Shown piece by piece: positions 29,044-41,139 of a stretch of 64,000 bases of DNA. The translations under genes were made by a program, and so were the position numbers. The notes under the pieces were generated by a model that was not told the origin of the DNA, ran no database searches, and saw nothing but the letters and a program-made list of their open reading frames with translations. The first letter of the stretch is position 1, and each line of letters opens with the position of its first letter. Source of the DNA: Hyphomicrobiales bacterium (GTDB lineage Bacteria > Pseudomonadota > Alphaproteobacteria > Rhizobiales > OSC116); contig NVUH01000005.1 in the NCBI GenBank assembly GCA_002401855.1, positions 69,969 through 133,968 of the forward strand. The letters run 5' to 3'.

Positions 29044-30708
29044 ATGCTTGATAGCCTGTCTATTCAAAACATTGTTTTAATTGATAAATTAAATATAGAA
29101 TTTGCAGATGGCCTGAGTGCTTTAACGGGTGAAACGGGTGCAGGCAAATCTATATTATTGGATAGTTTAGGCTTGGCGTTGGGCGCGCGGGGTGATGCCT
29201 CTTTGGTGCGCCACGGCGTGGAAAAAGGCCAGGTGACTGCGAGTTTTAATTTGCCTGCTAGCCATTCGACTTTTGGGTTGTTGGATGCGAATGACATTAG
29301 CCATGATGGTGAGATGATTTTAAAGCGGGTACAAAATGCTGATGGGCGCAGTAAAGCGTTTATTAATGATCAGGTGGTTTCGACCCGTTTGCTCAAAAAA
29401 GTTGGTGAATTGCTGATTGAAATTCATGGTCAACATGACAATAGAGCCTTGGCTGATACCAGTGCTTATTTATCTTTGCTTGATGCTTTTGCGGGGCTGA
29501 GTGAAGCAGCTAAAACCATTAATAAATTGTGGGACATTTGGCAAAGTGCCCGCACAGAAGTTGCCACGCACGAGGAAAATTTGCGTAAAGCCCAAGCTGA
29601 TGAAGATTATACCCGACATGTGCTGGCGGAGCTTGAGCAGTTAAAACCATCAACCGAAGAAGAGCAGGCTTTGGCCGACGAGAGATCGATTTTGCAAGCG
29701 TCTGAAAAAGTGGCGAGTGATGTGCAAGGTGCCAAAAAATTGCTGCATAAAGACGGTGGGGTGGAAAAGCGAATTTATAGTGCGATGAGTGCATTGGAGC
29801 GCAATGATGCCGATATTGAAGCTTTGGTCAAACCGTCGGTCGAAGCATTGGATAGGGCTTTGATAGAGTTGCAGCTGGCTAGTGAAGAAATTGCGGAGCT
29901 TGAGCGTAATTTGGAGTTTGACCCTGCGCGGTTGGATGATGTTGAAGAAAGATTATTTGCCTTGCGTGGTGCCGCCCGCAAACATGGGGTGTTGGTTGAT
30001 GAATTGCCTGAATTGTTGGAAAAATTTCGCAATATGATTGCCAGCCTTGAGGGTGATCAGGTGCGTGCGGATGAGCTGTATAAGGCGATGAATGCGGCCA
30101 AGGCTGAATATGAACAAGCGGCGAAAATACAAAGCCAAAAGCGCCAATCTGCGGCGAAAGTGTTGGAAAAAGCGGTGACTAGTGAGTTGCCGCCACTTAA
30201 GCTTGAACGGGCGAAATTTTATTGCAAAGTTAAGAATTTAGGCGTTGATGGCGCGATGCGAAATGGATTTGACGCGGTGAGCTTTGAAGTGATGACCAAC
30301 CCTGGTACGGCTTCTGGGCCGTTGATGAAAGTGGCTTCGGGCGGTGAATTGGCGCGAATTATGCTTTCGCTTAAGGTGAGTTTGGCTGATAAGGGCAGTG
30401 CGCCGACTTTGGTATTTGATGAGATTGACACAGGTGTTGGTGGCGCGGTGGCCGAAGCCATCGGCACACGTTTGGCGCGGCTGGGCGATAAGGTGCAGGT
30501 GATTACTGTGACCCATTCGCCGCAAGTGGCGGCGGCGGCTGATCGGCAATTTGTTATCTCTAAATCCGAGCAGCGCAAAAACCGTATGGTGACAGATGTG
30601 CTGCTGTTAGACGATGCCGAGCGGCATGAAGAAATTGCCCGCATGTTGGCTGGTGCTGTGGTGAGTGATGAAGCGCGCGCGGCGGCACAAAAACTACTTA
30701 ACGTTTGA
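29044..30708 (+). CDS. recN: DNA repair protein RecN
   Basis: 554 aa. Walker A GETGAGKSILLD, long coiled-coil, signature SGGELARIML, Walker B LVFDEIDTGVGG. Confidence 0.95.
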   Translation: MLDSLSIQNIVLIDKLNIEFADGLSALTGETGAGKSILLDSLGLALGARGDASLVRHGVEKGQVTASFNLPASHSTFGLLDANDISHDGEMILKRVQNADGRSKAFINDQVVSTRLLKKVGELLIEIHGQHDNRALADTSAYLSLLDAFAGLSEAAKTINKLWDIWQSARTEVATHEENLRKAQADEDYTRHVLAELEQLKPSTEEEQALADERSILQASEKVASDVQGAKKLLHKDGGVEKRIYSAMSALERNDADIEALVKPSVEALDRALIELQLASEEIAELERNLEFDPARLDDVEERLFALRGAARKHGVLVDELPELLEKFRNMIASLEGDQVRADELYKAMNAAKAEYEQAAKIQSQKRQSAAKVLEKAVTSELPPLKLERAKFYCKVKNLGVDGAMRNGFDAVSFEVMTNPGTASGPLMKVASGGELARIMLSLKVSLADKGSAPTLVFDEIDTGVGGAVAEAIGTRLARLGDKVQVITVTHSPQVAAAADRQFVISKSEQRKNRMVTDVLLLDDAERHEEIARMLAGAVVSDEARAAAQKLLNV

Positions 30709-33352
<2,644 letters not shown>

Positions 33353-33374
33353 ACGACATGGTGGATGTGGGGAT

Positions 33375-33626
33375 TTATTTTATGGAATTGAAGACATAGG
33401 CTTCGACTTCTTTTTCAATCAAAGACATAAGCTCTTGCTCAATGAGGGCTAGACATCTGCCTTTGGCTTTATCTTTAATGAGTAGATAGATTTCAAAGCA
33501 CTCGCTGGTGTCAGAAGAAAAGCCGTCAGTGGAGTTTTCAAGGCGAAGATATTTTTGTTCGAGAGTTTCTTGGTTGAAGAGGTTTATAGTAGGATTCCTT
33601 GTGTTGTTAGCACTTCCCCCAAACAT
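33375..33626 (-). CDS. Hypothetical small acidic protein
   Basis: 83-aa ORF in an otherwise empty gap. I recognise no family. Confidence 0.35.
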   Translation of the reverse strand: MFGGSANNTRNPTINLFNQETLEQKYLRLENSTDGFSSDTSECFEIYLLIKDKAKGRCLALIEQELMSLIEKEVEAYVFNSIK

Positions 33627-33800
33627 AATTAGAGTAGCGGGAATTTGATATATATCAAGTTAAGGTTGTACTTTAGTTTTGTTTCAGAGGAAAATTAAAG
33701 TTAAAATAAACGCAATTTTTGGAGTGGGATGTGGAAACAATTAGATTCATTGTCTATATAAGCCCATTAGCAAAATATTTTCAAACGAGTGGATGATAGA

Positions 33801-34187
33801 ATGAATAAAATTGCGAGTGTGGCGTTATTGGTGGCTGATTATGATGAAGCTATTGAATATTATACTGAGATTTTGAATTTTGCGTTGCTTGAAGATAGCA
33901 AAATGAGTGAAACGAAACGTTGGGTGCGGGTTGCGCCAGATGTTGATTCCAGCTTTAGTTTTTTATTAGCCAAAGCCGCTAGTGATGAGCAAAGTAAATT
34001 TGTGGGTAATCAATCTGGCAGTCGGGTTTATATATTTTATCATGTTCGTGATTTTTGGGCGGAATATAAACGCATGCAGGCTTTGGGAGTGGACTTTACT
34101 GAACAGCCGCGTGAGGAAGATTATGCTACGGTTGTGGTGTTTAAAGATTTGTATGGCAATAAATGGGACATGATTCAGCCGCGGTAG
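33801..34187 (+). CDS. VOC/glyoxalase-bleomycin resistance family protein
   Basis: ~128 aa from ATG 33801 (MNKIASVALLVADYDEAIEYY...). Ends ...DLYGNKWDMIQP, typical of the VOC fold. Confidence 0.7.
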   Translation: MNKIASVALLVADYDEAIEYYTEILNFALLEDSKMSETKRWVRVAPDVDSSFSFLLAKAASDEQSKFVGNQSGSRVYIFYHVRDFWAEYKRMQALGVDFTEQPREEDYATVVVFKDLYGNKWDMIQPR

Positions 34188-34253
34188 GTATGTTTGCTGA
34201 GGGATGACTTGATTGTGATTAGACAGTTTTTTTTTGATATTTATACTGGCAGT

Positions 34254-34988
34254 ATGATGAAAAAAATATCTATAATTGTGATTTTATTATTGGTGCTGAT
34301 TGGTGCTGGCTATTGGGCGTATGGTTGGTGGCGGGGTGACGCGTTTGACACGGGCGCGCCTTTATTGGCTAGTGCGGCAAAAGAAGGTCGTATTGAACTG
34401 ATTGATGGTGAATTGGATGTTGATGATTTGCCGCAAGGTTGGGTGCATCGTACATTTTTTAATGTGACGCCGACTGATTATAAGCTGGTGGAAATTGATG
34501 GTCGGCGCGCCATGCAGTGTTCTACCAACAATAGCGGGTCTATTTTGGCGCGAGATGTGGACATTAAGTTGAGTGATTTCTCGCGGCTTAAATGGCAATG
34601 GAAAATTGAAAAAGCTTTAGACAGCGAGTTTGATGAAGATAGCGAAGACGGTGATGACCATCCTGCGCGGTTCTTTGTGATGTTTAAAAATGCTGATGGA
34701 GGCCGAAAAGCTGCTGAAATTATTTGGAGCAATCAAAAATATCAAGCGGGTGATTATAAAATCATTAATGGTTTTCATCATCTGGTGGCCAATGGGCTGG
34801 ATGAGAATGTTGGCATTTGGCATGAGCAGAGTGTTGACCTTGAGGCTTTATATAAACGCATCGGCGGTGTTGGTGGTGACCCGAGCTTGGGTTTATTGGG
34901 CTTTTTCTGCGATAGTGACAATACGGGTGGCAGCACATCGGCTTATTTTAGTGACGTGCGGCTTGAGGCTAAAATTCAGAATAATTGA
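34254..34988 (+). CDS. Secreted/periplasmic protein, DUF3047-like
   Basis: Signal/TM MMKKISIIVILLLVLIGAGYWAY. LKWQWKIEKAL and DHPARFFVMF resemble DUF3047 as I recall it. Confidence 0.5.
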   Translation: MMKKISIIVILLLVLIGAGYWAYGWWRGDAFDTGAPLLASAAKEGRIELIDGELDVDDLPQGWVHRTFFNVTPTDYKLVEIDGRRAMQCSTNNSGSILARDVDIKLSDFSRLKWQWKIEKALDSEFDEDSEDGDDHPARFFVMFKNADGGRKAAEIIWSNQKYQAGDYKIINGFHHLVANGLDENVGIWHEQSVDLEALYKRIGGVGGDPSLGLLGFFCDSDNTGGSTSAYFSDVRLEAKIQNN

Positions 34989-35085
34989 CATTATTTGAAC
35001 CGCTTGTTAGGCTGAATTGCCTTTGAAATATAGGTTTTGCTTTATTTGTGATTGGTTTTTTTAACTCATGACCAAAGGAGACAAT

Positions 35086-35523
35086 ATGAAATCCTATATT
35101 CCTATACTGATCGGCGGGGCGTTACCTGCATTATTGTGGGGCGTGACGGCAATATTTCAAAAATTAAGCGCAACTGCCTCATTGGGGCCTGGCCGATATT
35201 TAACATTGTTGGGGCTGGTTACTTTTGTTGGTGGGCTGCTATATTCTTATTTTACCAATGAAGTTGGGTTTAATTTAAAGGGTAGCTTGTACGCGTTATA
35301 TGCTGGGGCTTCGTTTGCCTTTGCGACGGGGCTTATGAGCTATGCTTTGTGGCATTATGGTGTGTCGATTTCTCGTATTACGCCTATTTTAAGCGCCAAT
35401 GTGCTTATTCCTGTTGCGGCGGGAATATGGTTATTTGGCGAGGGTGCGGGGGTGAATGTTTGGCAGCTATCAGTCGGGGTATTTATGGTGATTGCCGGGG
35501 TTATTGTGGTGACGAGTGCTTAA
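35086..35523 (+). CDS. Small multi-pass membrane protein (half-size DMT/EamA-like)
   Basis: ~145 aa, 4-5 hydrophobic helices. ATG 35086 is 7 nt after AGGAG. Confidence 0.5.
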   Translation: MKSYIPILIGGALPALLWGVTAIFQKLSATASLGPGRYLTLLGLVTFVGGLLYSYFTNEVGFNLKGSLYALYAGASFAFATGLMSYALWHYGVSISRITPILSANVLIPVAAGIWLFGEGAGVNVWQLSVGVFMVIAGVIVVTSA

Positions 35524-35737
35524 TCGGCATAGGCTATCCAGCCTGAATGGGCATTTGTAGGTGCCAGAATTTCTTGCCTGTCGCCTGTGCCTAAGACCAA
35601 AATACGGGCATCGGCTGGGGTGCCTCTTTGAGTAATTGCGACACTGTAGGAAAAAGAGTTGAATAGCCTGGCACTTGGCGCACGAGGCTATCTGCATAGG
35701 AGCTGGTTGCGTGTTTATCAAATGAGTTTTTGGCCAT
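35521..35737 (-). pseudogene. 5' remnant of a class I SAM-dependent methyltransferase (frameshifted and truncated)
   Basis: Strong RBS (TAGGAGTTACAT-ATG at 35737). Frame 1 gives MAKNSFDKHATSSYADSLVRQVPGYSTLFPTVSQLLKEAPQP, then a stop at 35591. A shifted frame continues ADARILVLGTGDRQEILAPTNAHSGWIAYAD (SAM motif I) and stops at the end of the convergent gene. The shift falls at a C-run. Confidence 0.55.
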
Positions 35738-35746
35738 ATGTAACTC

Positions 35747-36919
35747 CTAAACTAGAAAACTATTTACGTCTGCGCCTTGTGATATGATTTTATGCATTGG
35801 GCATTTGTTGGCAATGGCTAATATGCGTTCATGCTGTTCTGGGGTTAGATCGCCTTTGATCGTGATGGCGCGGTTGAAGCTGGTTTTGCCATCGGCCTTG
35901 GAATGGGTGACCACGCAATCTATATGCTCGACTGCCCATTTTTTGCGGGTGGTATACATGCTTAACGTGATGGTGGTGCAGGAAGCTAATGAGGCTTCGA
36001 GCAATTGCATGGGTGACGCGCCTAAATCTGTGCCGCCAATATCTTTTGGTTCATCGGCTAGGACTTGATGCCCTGCCATATTGATGCGGGTTAGATATGT
36101 GTTATCTATATTAAGTGAGGCGCTGACTTCGCCTGCTTTGGCGCTTGGATATTTGTAATTTGGCGTGGTTTTTATGTAGGTGCATGCCCAGTCATATATA
36201 ATGCCCGCGGCATATTTAGCATCGGCTTTTTTAGACAGTAGGTGATCGGCTTTGTTAAGACTGATAAAACTTTTGGGGTGATTGGCTAGTTGAAATAATG
36301 TGCCTGCATTGTCGATTGATACAATTTCATCAATTGGCGAATGCATGATGAGTAGGGCTTTGTTTAATTTTCGCAGTCTATCGGTTAAATGTTCGGCGCT
36401 TACATCATCGACAAATTGTTGATTGATGGTGATGTCATTGCCGTAGAATTTAATTTTATGTGTGCCGTCGGTGGTTATTTTTTGTTTGTCGGCACCTAAG
36501 GTTTGCAGTATATGCCCCGAACTGGCGGGGGCGCCAATGGTGGCGACGGCTTTGATGCTGGGTAATTCTAACGTGGCGGCCAATGCTGCGGTGCCGCCTA
36601 ATGAATGGCCTATCATGAGGCTGGGGGCGGTGTAATTGTCGCTTAGAAACGTGGCGGCATCTATAAGATCTTGGATGTTGGAGCTGAAATAAGCATCTTT
36701 AACCGCACCATCGCTGGCGCCAATGCCAGTGAAATCAAAGCGTAGAACGTTGATGCCTTCGCTGGCAAGTTGGGCGGCGATGTTGACCGCGGCATTTACA
36801 TTTTGCCCGCAGGTGAAGCAATGGGCAAAAATGGCATAGGTGTCACTTGGGCGTGCGCTTTGGTGCAGGTTGGCGGCTAATTTATGGCCTTTGCGGTTGG
36901 TGAATGTGAGTTTTATCAT
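35747..36919 (-). CDS. Fusion protein: alpha/beta hydrolase domain + OsmC/Ohr-like domain
   Basis: N-terminal hydrolase with nucleophile elbow GHSLGG. C-terminal ~140 aa with OsmC-like LLEASLASCTTITLSMY...CPMHK. Confidence 0.75.
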   Translation of the reverse strand: MIKLTFTNRKGHKLAANLHQSARPSDTYAIFAHCFTCGQNVNAAVNIAAQLASEGINVLRFDFTGIGASDGAVKDAYFSSNIQDLIDAATFLSDNYTAPSLMIGHSLGGTAALAATLELPSIKAVATIGAPASSGHILQTLGADKQKITTDGTHKIKFYGNDITINQQFVDDVSAEHLTDRLRKLNKALLIMHSPIDEIVSIDNAGTLFQLANHPKSFISLNKADHLLSKKADAKYAAGIIYDWACTYIKTTPNYKYPSAKAGEVSASLNIDNTYLTRINMAGHQVLADEPKDIGGTDLGASPMQLLEASLASCTTITLSMYTTRKKWAVEHIDCVVTHSKADGKTSFNRAITIKGDLTPEQHERILAIANKCPMHKIISQGADVNSFLV

Positions 36920-36925
36920 GTTAGA

Positions 36926-38737
36926 TTATAGCTTTGTTGTGGCTTGTTTGAGCCATTTTTTTTCATTGGCGTTGAGTTGCGGGCTGATTTTGCTCCATAC
37001 CTCGTGATGGTAGGCGTTTAGCCAATCTATTTCTATTTGGCTCATGAGTGAGGCATCAATTGGGCGTTTGTCGATGGGGGCTAATGTGATGGTTTCAAAA
37101 TACAGCATTGGTTTTTCGGTGTCGCCGCGTTTGTCCTCGCGTATAATCAGCAAGTTTTCTATGCGAATGCCATATTCGCCTTGTTTATAATAGCCCGGCT
37201 CGTTGGATAATATCATGCCCGGTTGCAGCGGAATGTTGGAGATTTTGGAGATGCGGGCGGGGCCTTCATGCACATCTAAAAACACGCCGACGCCATGGCC
37301 TGTGCCGTGGTCGTAATCTTTGCCATCCGCCCAAAGGAATTGGCGGGCCAAAGCGTCTAATTGTGCGCCACTGGTGCCGACGGGGAATTTGGTCAGGCTG
37401 ACGGCAATCATGCCTTTGAGCACCAAGGTATAATTGCGTTTGGCTTCATCGGCAATTTCGCCAACGGCAATAGTGCGGGTGATGTCGGTGGTGCCGTCTA
37501 GGTATTGGCCGCCACTATCGACTAGATATAGCCGATCTTGCGGGATGGTGATGTTGCTGTCTTCGTTCACCCGATAATGGCAGATGGCGCCATTTTCGCC
37601 TGCGCCAGAAATGGTGTCAAAGCTGATGTCTTTTAGCTTGCCTGTTTTGGTGCGGTAGTCTTCCAGTTTTTTAGCGGCGCTGATTTCAGTCTCGTTGCCG
37701 GTTGGTAGCTGGGCATCGCACCATTGTAGGAATTGTGCCATTGGCATGCCGTCTCTTATATGAGCTGCGCGGGTGGCGTTTAGCTCTGCATCGTTTTTGC
37801 AGGCTTTGGGCATAATGGTTGGGTCTTGCCCTGCGATGATGGTGCCGCCTGATTTTTCTAGTTTTTGGGTGAACCAGTGTGGGGTTTTTTGTTTGTCGAT
37901 TAGCAATTTGCCTTTTTTATTACCAAGGCTTTTGATTGCTTTTTCTAAATCTTGTGGCGCGTGAATTTCGGTTAAATCTTCGAAATATTTGCGGGTTTTT
38001 TGATTGAGTTTTTTGTCTGAGATGAATATTTTATGCGGGCCATTGGCAAAAATCATGGCAAAAGAATGAACGACGGGAATGCGGTTTATATCGGCACCCC
38101 TTATGTTGAACGCCCATGCGATGCCATCGCATAATGATAATAATGCGGCATCGGCGCCTTGGTGTTTTACCTCTAATGCTAGGGAAGCTAGTTTTTCTTT
38201 GGCGCTGATGCCTGCGAATTTTTCTGGGTAAATTTCGACCATGCCTTGGGGCAATTCGGGTTGATCTTCCCAGGCCAAATCTATGTAATTTAAGTCACTT
38301 AGCAATAGGGTGGCGCCTGTTGTGGAAAGGGCTTTGCGGTAGCTTTCAATTTCGGCGGTGGTGTGTAGCCATGGGTCGAGCGCGATGATGTCATTATTAT
38401 TGCAATATTTGCTGAGCCATTCAGTGGGTGGCTCATCGATGAGATGTTTGGGTTCGAAGCGCGAAGTATCAACTTGTTGACGCACTTGAATGGTGTAGCG
38501 GCCATCAACAAAAATGGCGGCTCTGTCCATTTTTACAATTGCCACGCCCCAAGAACCGCCAAAGCCTGTTAGCCATTTTAGGCGCTCGGCTGCGGGGGCT
38601 ACATTTTCGCCCATATGAGCATCGACCCGTGGGATGATAAAGCCAGTGATTTCTTTTTTCATCATTTCCCGTCTTAGGGCTGCAATGTTGCGCCTGCCAC
38701 TCGTGGGATTGTTATTTTCGCTATAATTTTGAAACAT
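36926..38737 (-). CDS. M24B-family Xaa-Pro aminopeptidase (aminopeptidase P-like)
   Basis: 603 aa. Metal-binding motifs DSGGQY, DITRT, HGTGHGVG, SNEPGYY, IRIENL. Confidence 0.85.
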   Translation of the reverse strand: MFQNYSENNNPTSGRRNIAALRREMMKKEITGFIIPRVDAHMGENVAPAAERLKWLTGFGGSWGVAIVKMDRAAIFVDGRYTIQVRQQVDTSRFEPKHLIDEPPTEWLSKYCNNNDIIALDPWLHTTAEIESYRKALSTTGATLLLSDLNYIDLAWEDQPELPQGMVEIYPEKFAGISAKEKLASLALEVKHQGADAALLSLCDGIAWAFNIRGADINRIPVVHSFAMIFANGPHKIFISDKKLNQKTRKYFEDLTEIHAPQDLEKAIKSLGNKKGKLLIDKQKTPHWFTQKLEKSGGTIIAGQDPTIMPKACKNDAELNATRAAHIRDGMPMAQFLQWCDAQLPTGNETEISAAKKLEDYRTKTGKLKDISFDTISGAGENGAICHYRVNEDSNITIPQDRLYLVDSGGQYLDGTTDITRTIAVGEIADEAKRNYTLVLKGMIAVSLTKFPVGTSGAQLDALARQFLWADGKDYDHGTGHGVGVFLDVHEGPARISKISNIPLQPGMILSNEPGYYKQGEYGIRIENLLIIREDKRGDTEKPMLYFETITLAPIDKRPIDASLMSQIEIDWLNAYHHEVWSKISPQLNANEKKWLKQATTKL

Positions 38738-38861
38738 ATCTAAGACTTAGCGTGGTTGAGTGATAAAAACAAGCCTAACAAATTGATCCATCTATTTACA
38801 ATTGGTGCAAAATGGCTAGTTTAGACTTTGGTGCTATACTAATATATATGAGGGAAAATAA

Positions 38862-39656
38862 ATGACTAAAAAAACTGCCATTATTACAGGTGCTGGCACT
38901 GGCATTGGTGCTGCAACAGCAGAATTGTTAGCGGCTGAGGGCTGGAAGGTTGTTCTGGCTGGACGGAGTAAAGATAGTTTGGATATAGTGGCAGGCAAAA
39001 TTAATGCTGCTGGTGGTGAAGCCATTGCGCAAGTGTGCGATGTGCTTAATGAAGATGATGTGAAGGCGCTGGTTGTGGCGGCGGGCGATAGATTGGATGC
39101 CTTGATACATAGTGCGGGCCAAGGCCATTGTTTGACCATTGATGAGTTGAGCTTGGAAGAATGGCAACAGACTTTGGATGTATCGGTAACCGGGGCGTTT
39201 TTAACGGCTAAATATGCTTTGCCATTGATGCGGGCGACTAAAGATGGCGAAGGGCATATCATTCAAATTGGGTCTCTTGCCAGTGGTGGCACATGGTATT
39301 TGGAAGTGGGTTATGGCACGGCCAAAGGTGCGCAGATTAAATTTGCGTTGCATTTGGAATCGCAAATGAAGGTGGATTTTGAAGCTGGCGGGCGTAAGAT
39401 TAATGTATTTTCGGTTTGCCCTGGCACAACGGATACGCCGTTTTGGGATCGGATTCCGCAGCGTGAGGCTGTGCCTGAATTGACACTTGCTGCCAGTGAG
39501 ATTGCTTGGATGGTTGGTGAGGTGATTAAAAAACCTGATACAAATGCTGAAGAGTTGAAGGCGATTAAGCCGCGGGATGAGATTGTTATTCAGCGCCAAG
39601 CGCCGTTTGAGCGATGGGACAATGTGGTGGCGATCAAACATGAAAGCCATGGTTAG
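38862..39656 (+). CDS. Short-chain dehydrogenase/reductase (SDR)
   Basis: TGAGTGIGAA cofactor motif, YGTAK catalytic motif. Confidence 0.85.
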   Translation: MTKKTAIITGAGTGIGAATAELLAAEGWKVVLAGRSKDSLDIVAGKINAAGGEAIAQVCDVLNEDDVKALVVAAGDRLDALIHSAGQGHCLTIDELSLEEWQQTLDVSVTGAFLTAKYALPLMRATKDGEGHIIQIGSLASGGTWYLEVGYGTAKGAQIKFALHLESQMKVDFEAGGRKINVFSVCPGTTDTPFWDRIPQREAVPELTLAASEIAWMVGEVIKKPDTNAEELKAIKPRDEIVIQRQAPFERWDNVVAIKHESHG

Positions 39657-39669
39657 AGTTTAAGGATTA

Positions 39670-39696
39670 GGGAGGCTTTTTGGCCTCCCTTTTTTG
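39670..39696. terminator. Bidirectional-type terminator between the SDR and permease genes
   Basis: GGGAGGC-TTTTTG-GCCTCCC followed by TTTTTT. Lies between convergent genes. Confidence 0.75.
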
Positions 39697-39699
39697 TGT

Positions 39700-40701
39700 C
39701 TACATGTTGAGATAGGCTTGGAAGAGGAGCGCTGATGAAAATGCGCCGATTAATGCCAACATAATGTAGGCGGCGAATACTGGTTTTTTGACCAGAGCAA
39801 AAACCGCTATGGCAGCGGGCATGGATGATACGGCACCGCCCAACATAAAGCCTAAAGCAGCGCCATGGCTCATGCCTTGGTCGATCATGCTTTTGATTAA
39901 CGGCAAAGCGGCAAAACCATTTAGATAGGCTGGAATGCCAACTAATGTGGCGGTGGCGATTGGTACAATGCCTTCACCGCCGACATAATGGATGATTAGC
40001 TCATTCGGCACATAGGCAATCATGAGGCTTTCGAGTAGAAATGCGAGGCTCATCCATTTTAGTAGGAATAGGAGTGTGGTTTTAAACTCAGCGATAAAAC
40101 TGGCGCGGCGGGTTTCATCTTGCCAGAATTTCCAAATGATTTTGCGGTCATCTAGCGGGGTGATGGTTGATTTGGCGGCGATTTCGGGTTTTAGCGGGTT
40201 ATTGAATAAGCCATTTTTGTTGAGGATGTAGATGGTTGTGCCACCAAAGACACCAATGGCGACGGCGGCAATGGTGCGGGCCACGGCGAAATCTAGGTCT
40301 ATCACGCTATAGGTGAGGGCGAAGACGGCTGGGTCGGTAATCGGGGAAGCGAGCCAGAAGGCCATGACGGTGCTGAGCGGCACGCCCATGCGTAATAACG
40401 CCGCGATGAGGGGAATAACGCCGCATGAGCAGAATGGCGACAGGCCACCAATGAGGGCTGCAATGACGATCGAATATTTGCCTTTGCTTTTAAGGGCAGT
40501 GGCGATGATGTTGTCGAGGCTTGAGGCGCTGGCATAGGCCATGAACAGAATGGCGAATAATAGGAATGGAATGATGCCAAGCAGTGCATCTACTAAGAAT
40601 TTTAAGCTATCGATTAGCTGGCTTTGGTCGGTGGCGAGCAAGACGAATAACAAAAGGCTTGATATGTGCCACGCGGTGATTTTATTGAGGAGGTTTTTCA
40701 T
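39700..40701 (-). CDS. COG0701-type permease with vicinal-cysteine motif (ArsP-like)
   Basis: Multi-TM protein with GGLSPFCSCGVIPL. ATG 40701 (MKNLLNK). Immediately downstream of an ArsR-family gene. Confidence 0.65.
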   Translation of the reverse strand: MKNLLNKITAWHISSLLLFVLLATDQSQLIDSLKFLVDALLGIIPFLLFAILFMAYASASSLDNIIATALKSKGKYSIVIAALIGGLSPFCSCGVIPLIAALLRMGVPLSTVMAFWLASPITDPAVFALTYSVIDLDFAVARTIAAVAIGVFGGTTIYILNKNGLFNNPLKPEIAAKSTITPLDDRKIIWKFWQDETRRASFIAEFKTTLLFLLKWMSLAFLLESLMIAYVPNELIIHYVGGEGIVPIATATLVGIPAYLNGFAALPLIKSMIDQGMSHGAALGFMLGGAVSSMPAAIAVFALVKKPVFAAYIMLALIGAFSSALLFQAYLNM

Positions 40702-40750
40702 AGTTATATACCTAGTTTTGTAGTTTATTGTTTGCAAATAAAAAGCTGAG

Positions 40751-41044
40751 TTAAGCCTCGACTCCTTTGCAGCAATCGTTAAATAAATAGTCGGCCATGC
40801 TTTGGACTAGTTTGAAATTGGCAATGTTTATGGTTTCGCGGCCATTTTGATGTTGGGTGATGACATTGGCTTTGACCAATGTGGATATGTGATGTGCCAA
40901 GGTGGAGGCCGGCATGTTGAGTTGTTTGCCGATTTGCCCAATATTTAAGCCTTCATCGCCCGCGCGCACCAGTAGACGGAAGAGTTCTAGGCGGGCATCA
41001 TGGCCTAAAGCATGTAATATTTGGGCGGCGTTTTGTTGTTTCAT
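40751..41044 (-). CDS. ArsR/SmtB-family transcriptional regulator
   Basis: 97 aa. LHALGHDARLELFRLL...PASTLAHHISTL HTH. C-terminal CC pair. Confidence 0.85.
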   Translation of the reverse strand: MKQQNAAQILHALGHDARLELFRLLVRAGDEGLNIGQIGKQLNMPASTLAHHISTLVKANVITQHQNGRETINIANFKLVQSMADYLFNDCCKGVEA

Positions 41045-41139
41045 GGGTTTAATGTAACTACAAAACTAGTTATGTCAATATTTATTTACAGGTTAAATGA
41101 TTACTGGTAGTTTAGACTCAAAATAATAAAGGCTAAAAA

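Noticed and set aside
38818-41118. Shared 11-mer TAGTTTAGACT upstream of the SDR gene (38818) and the NnrU gene (41108)
   Set aside because: Exact 11-mer coincidences are expected many times by chance in 64 kb on two strands. Spacing to the start codons differs (34 vs 22 nt), and the flanks do not align.
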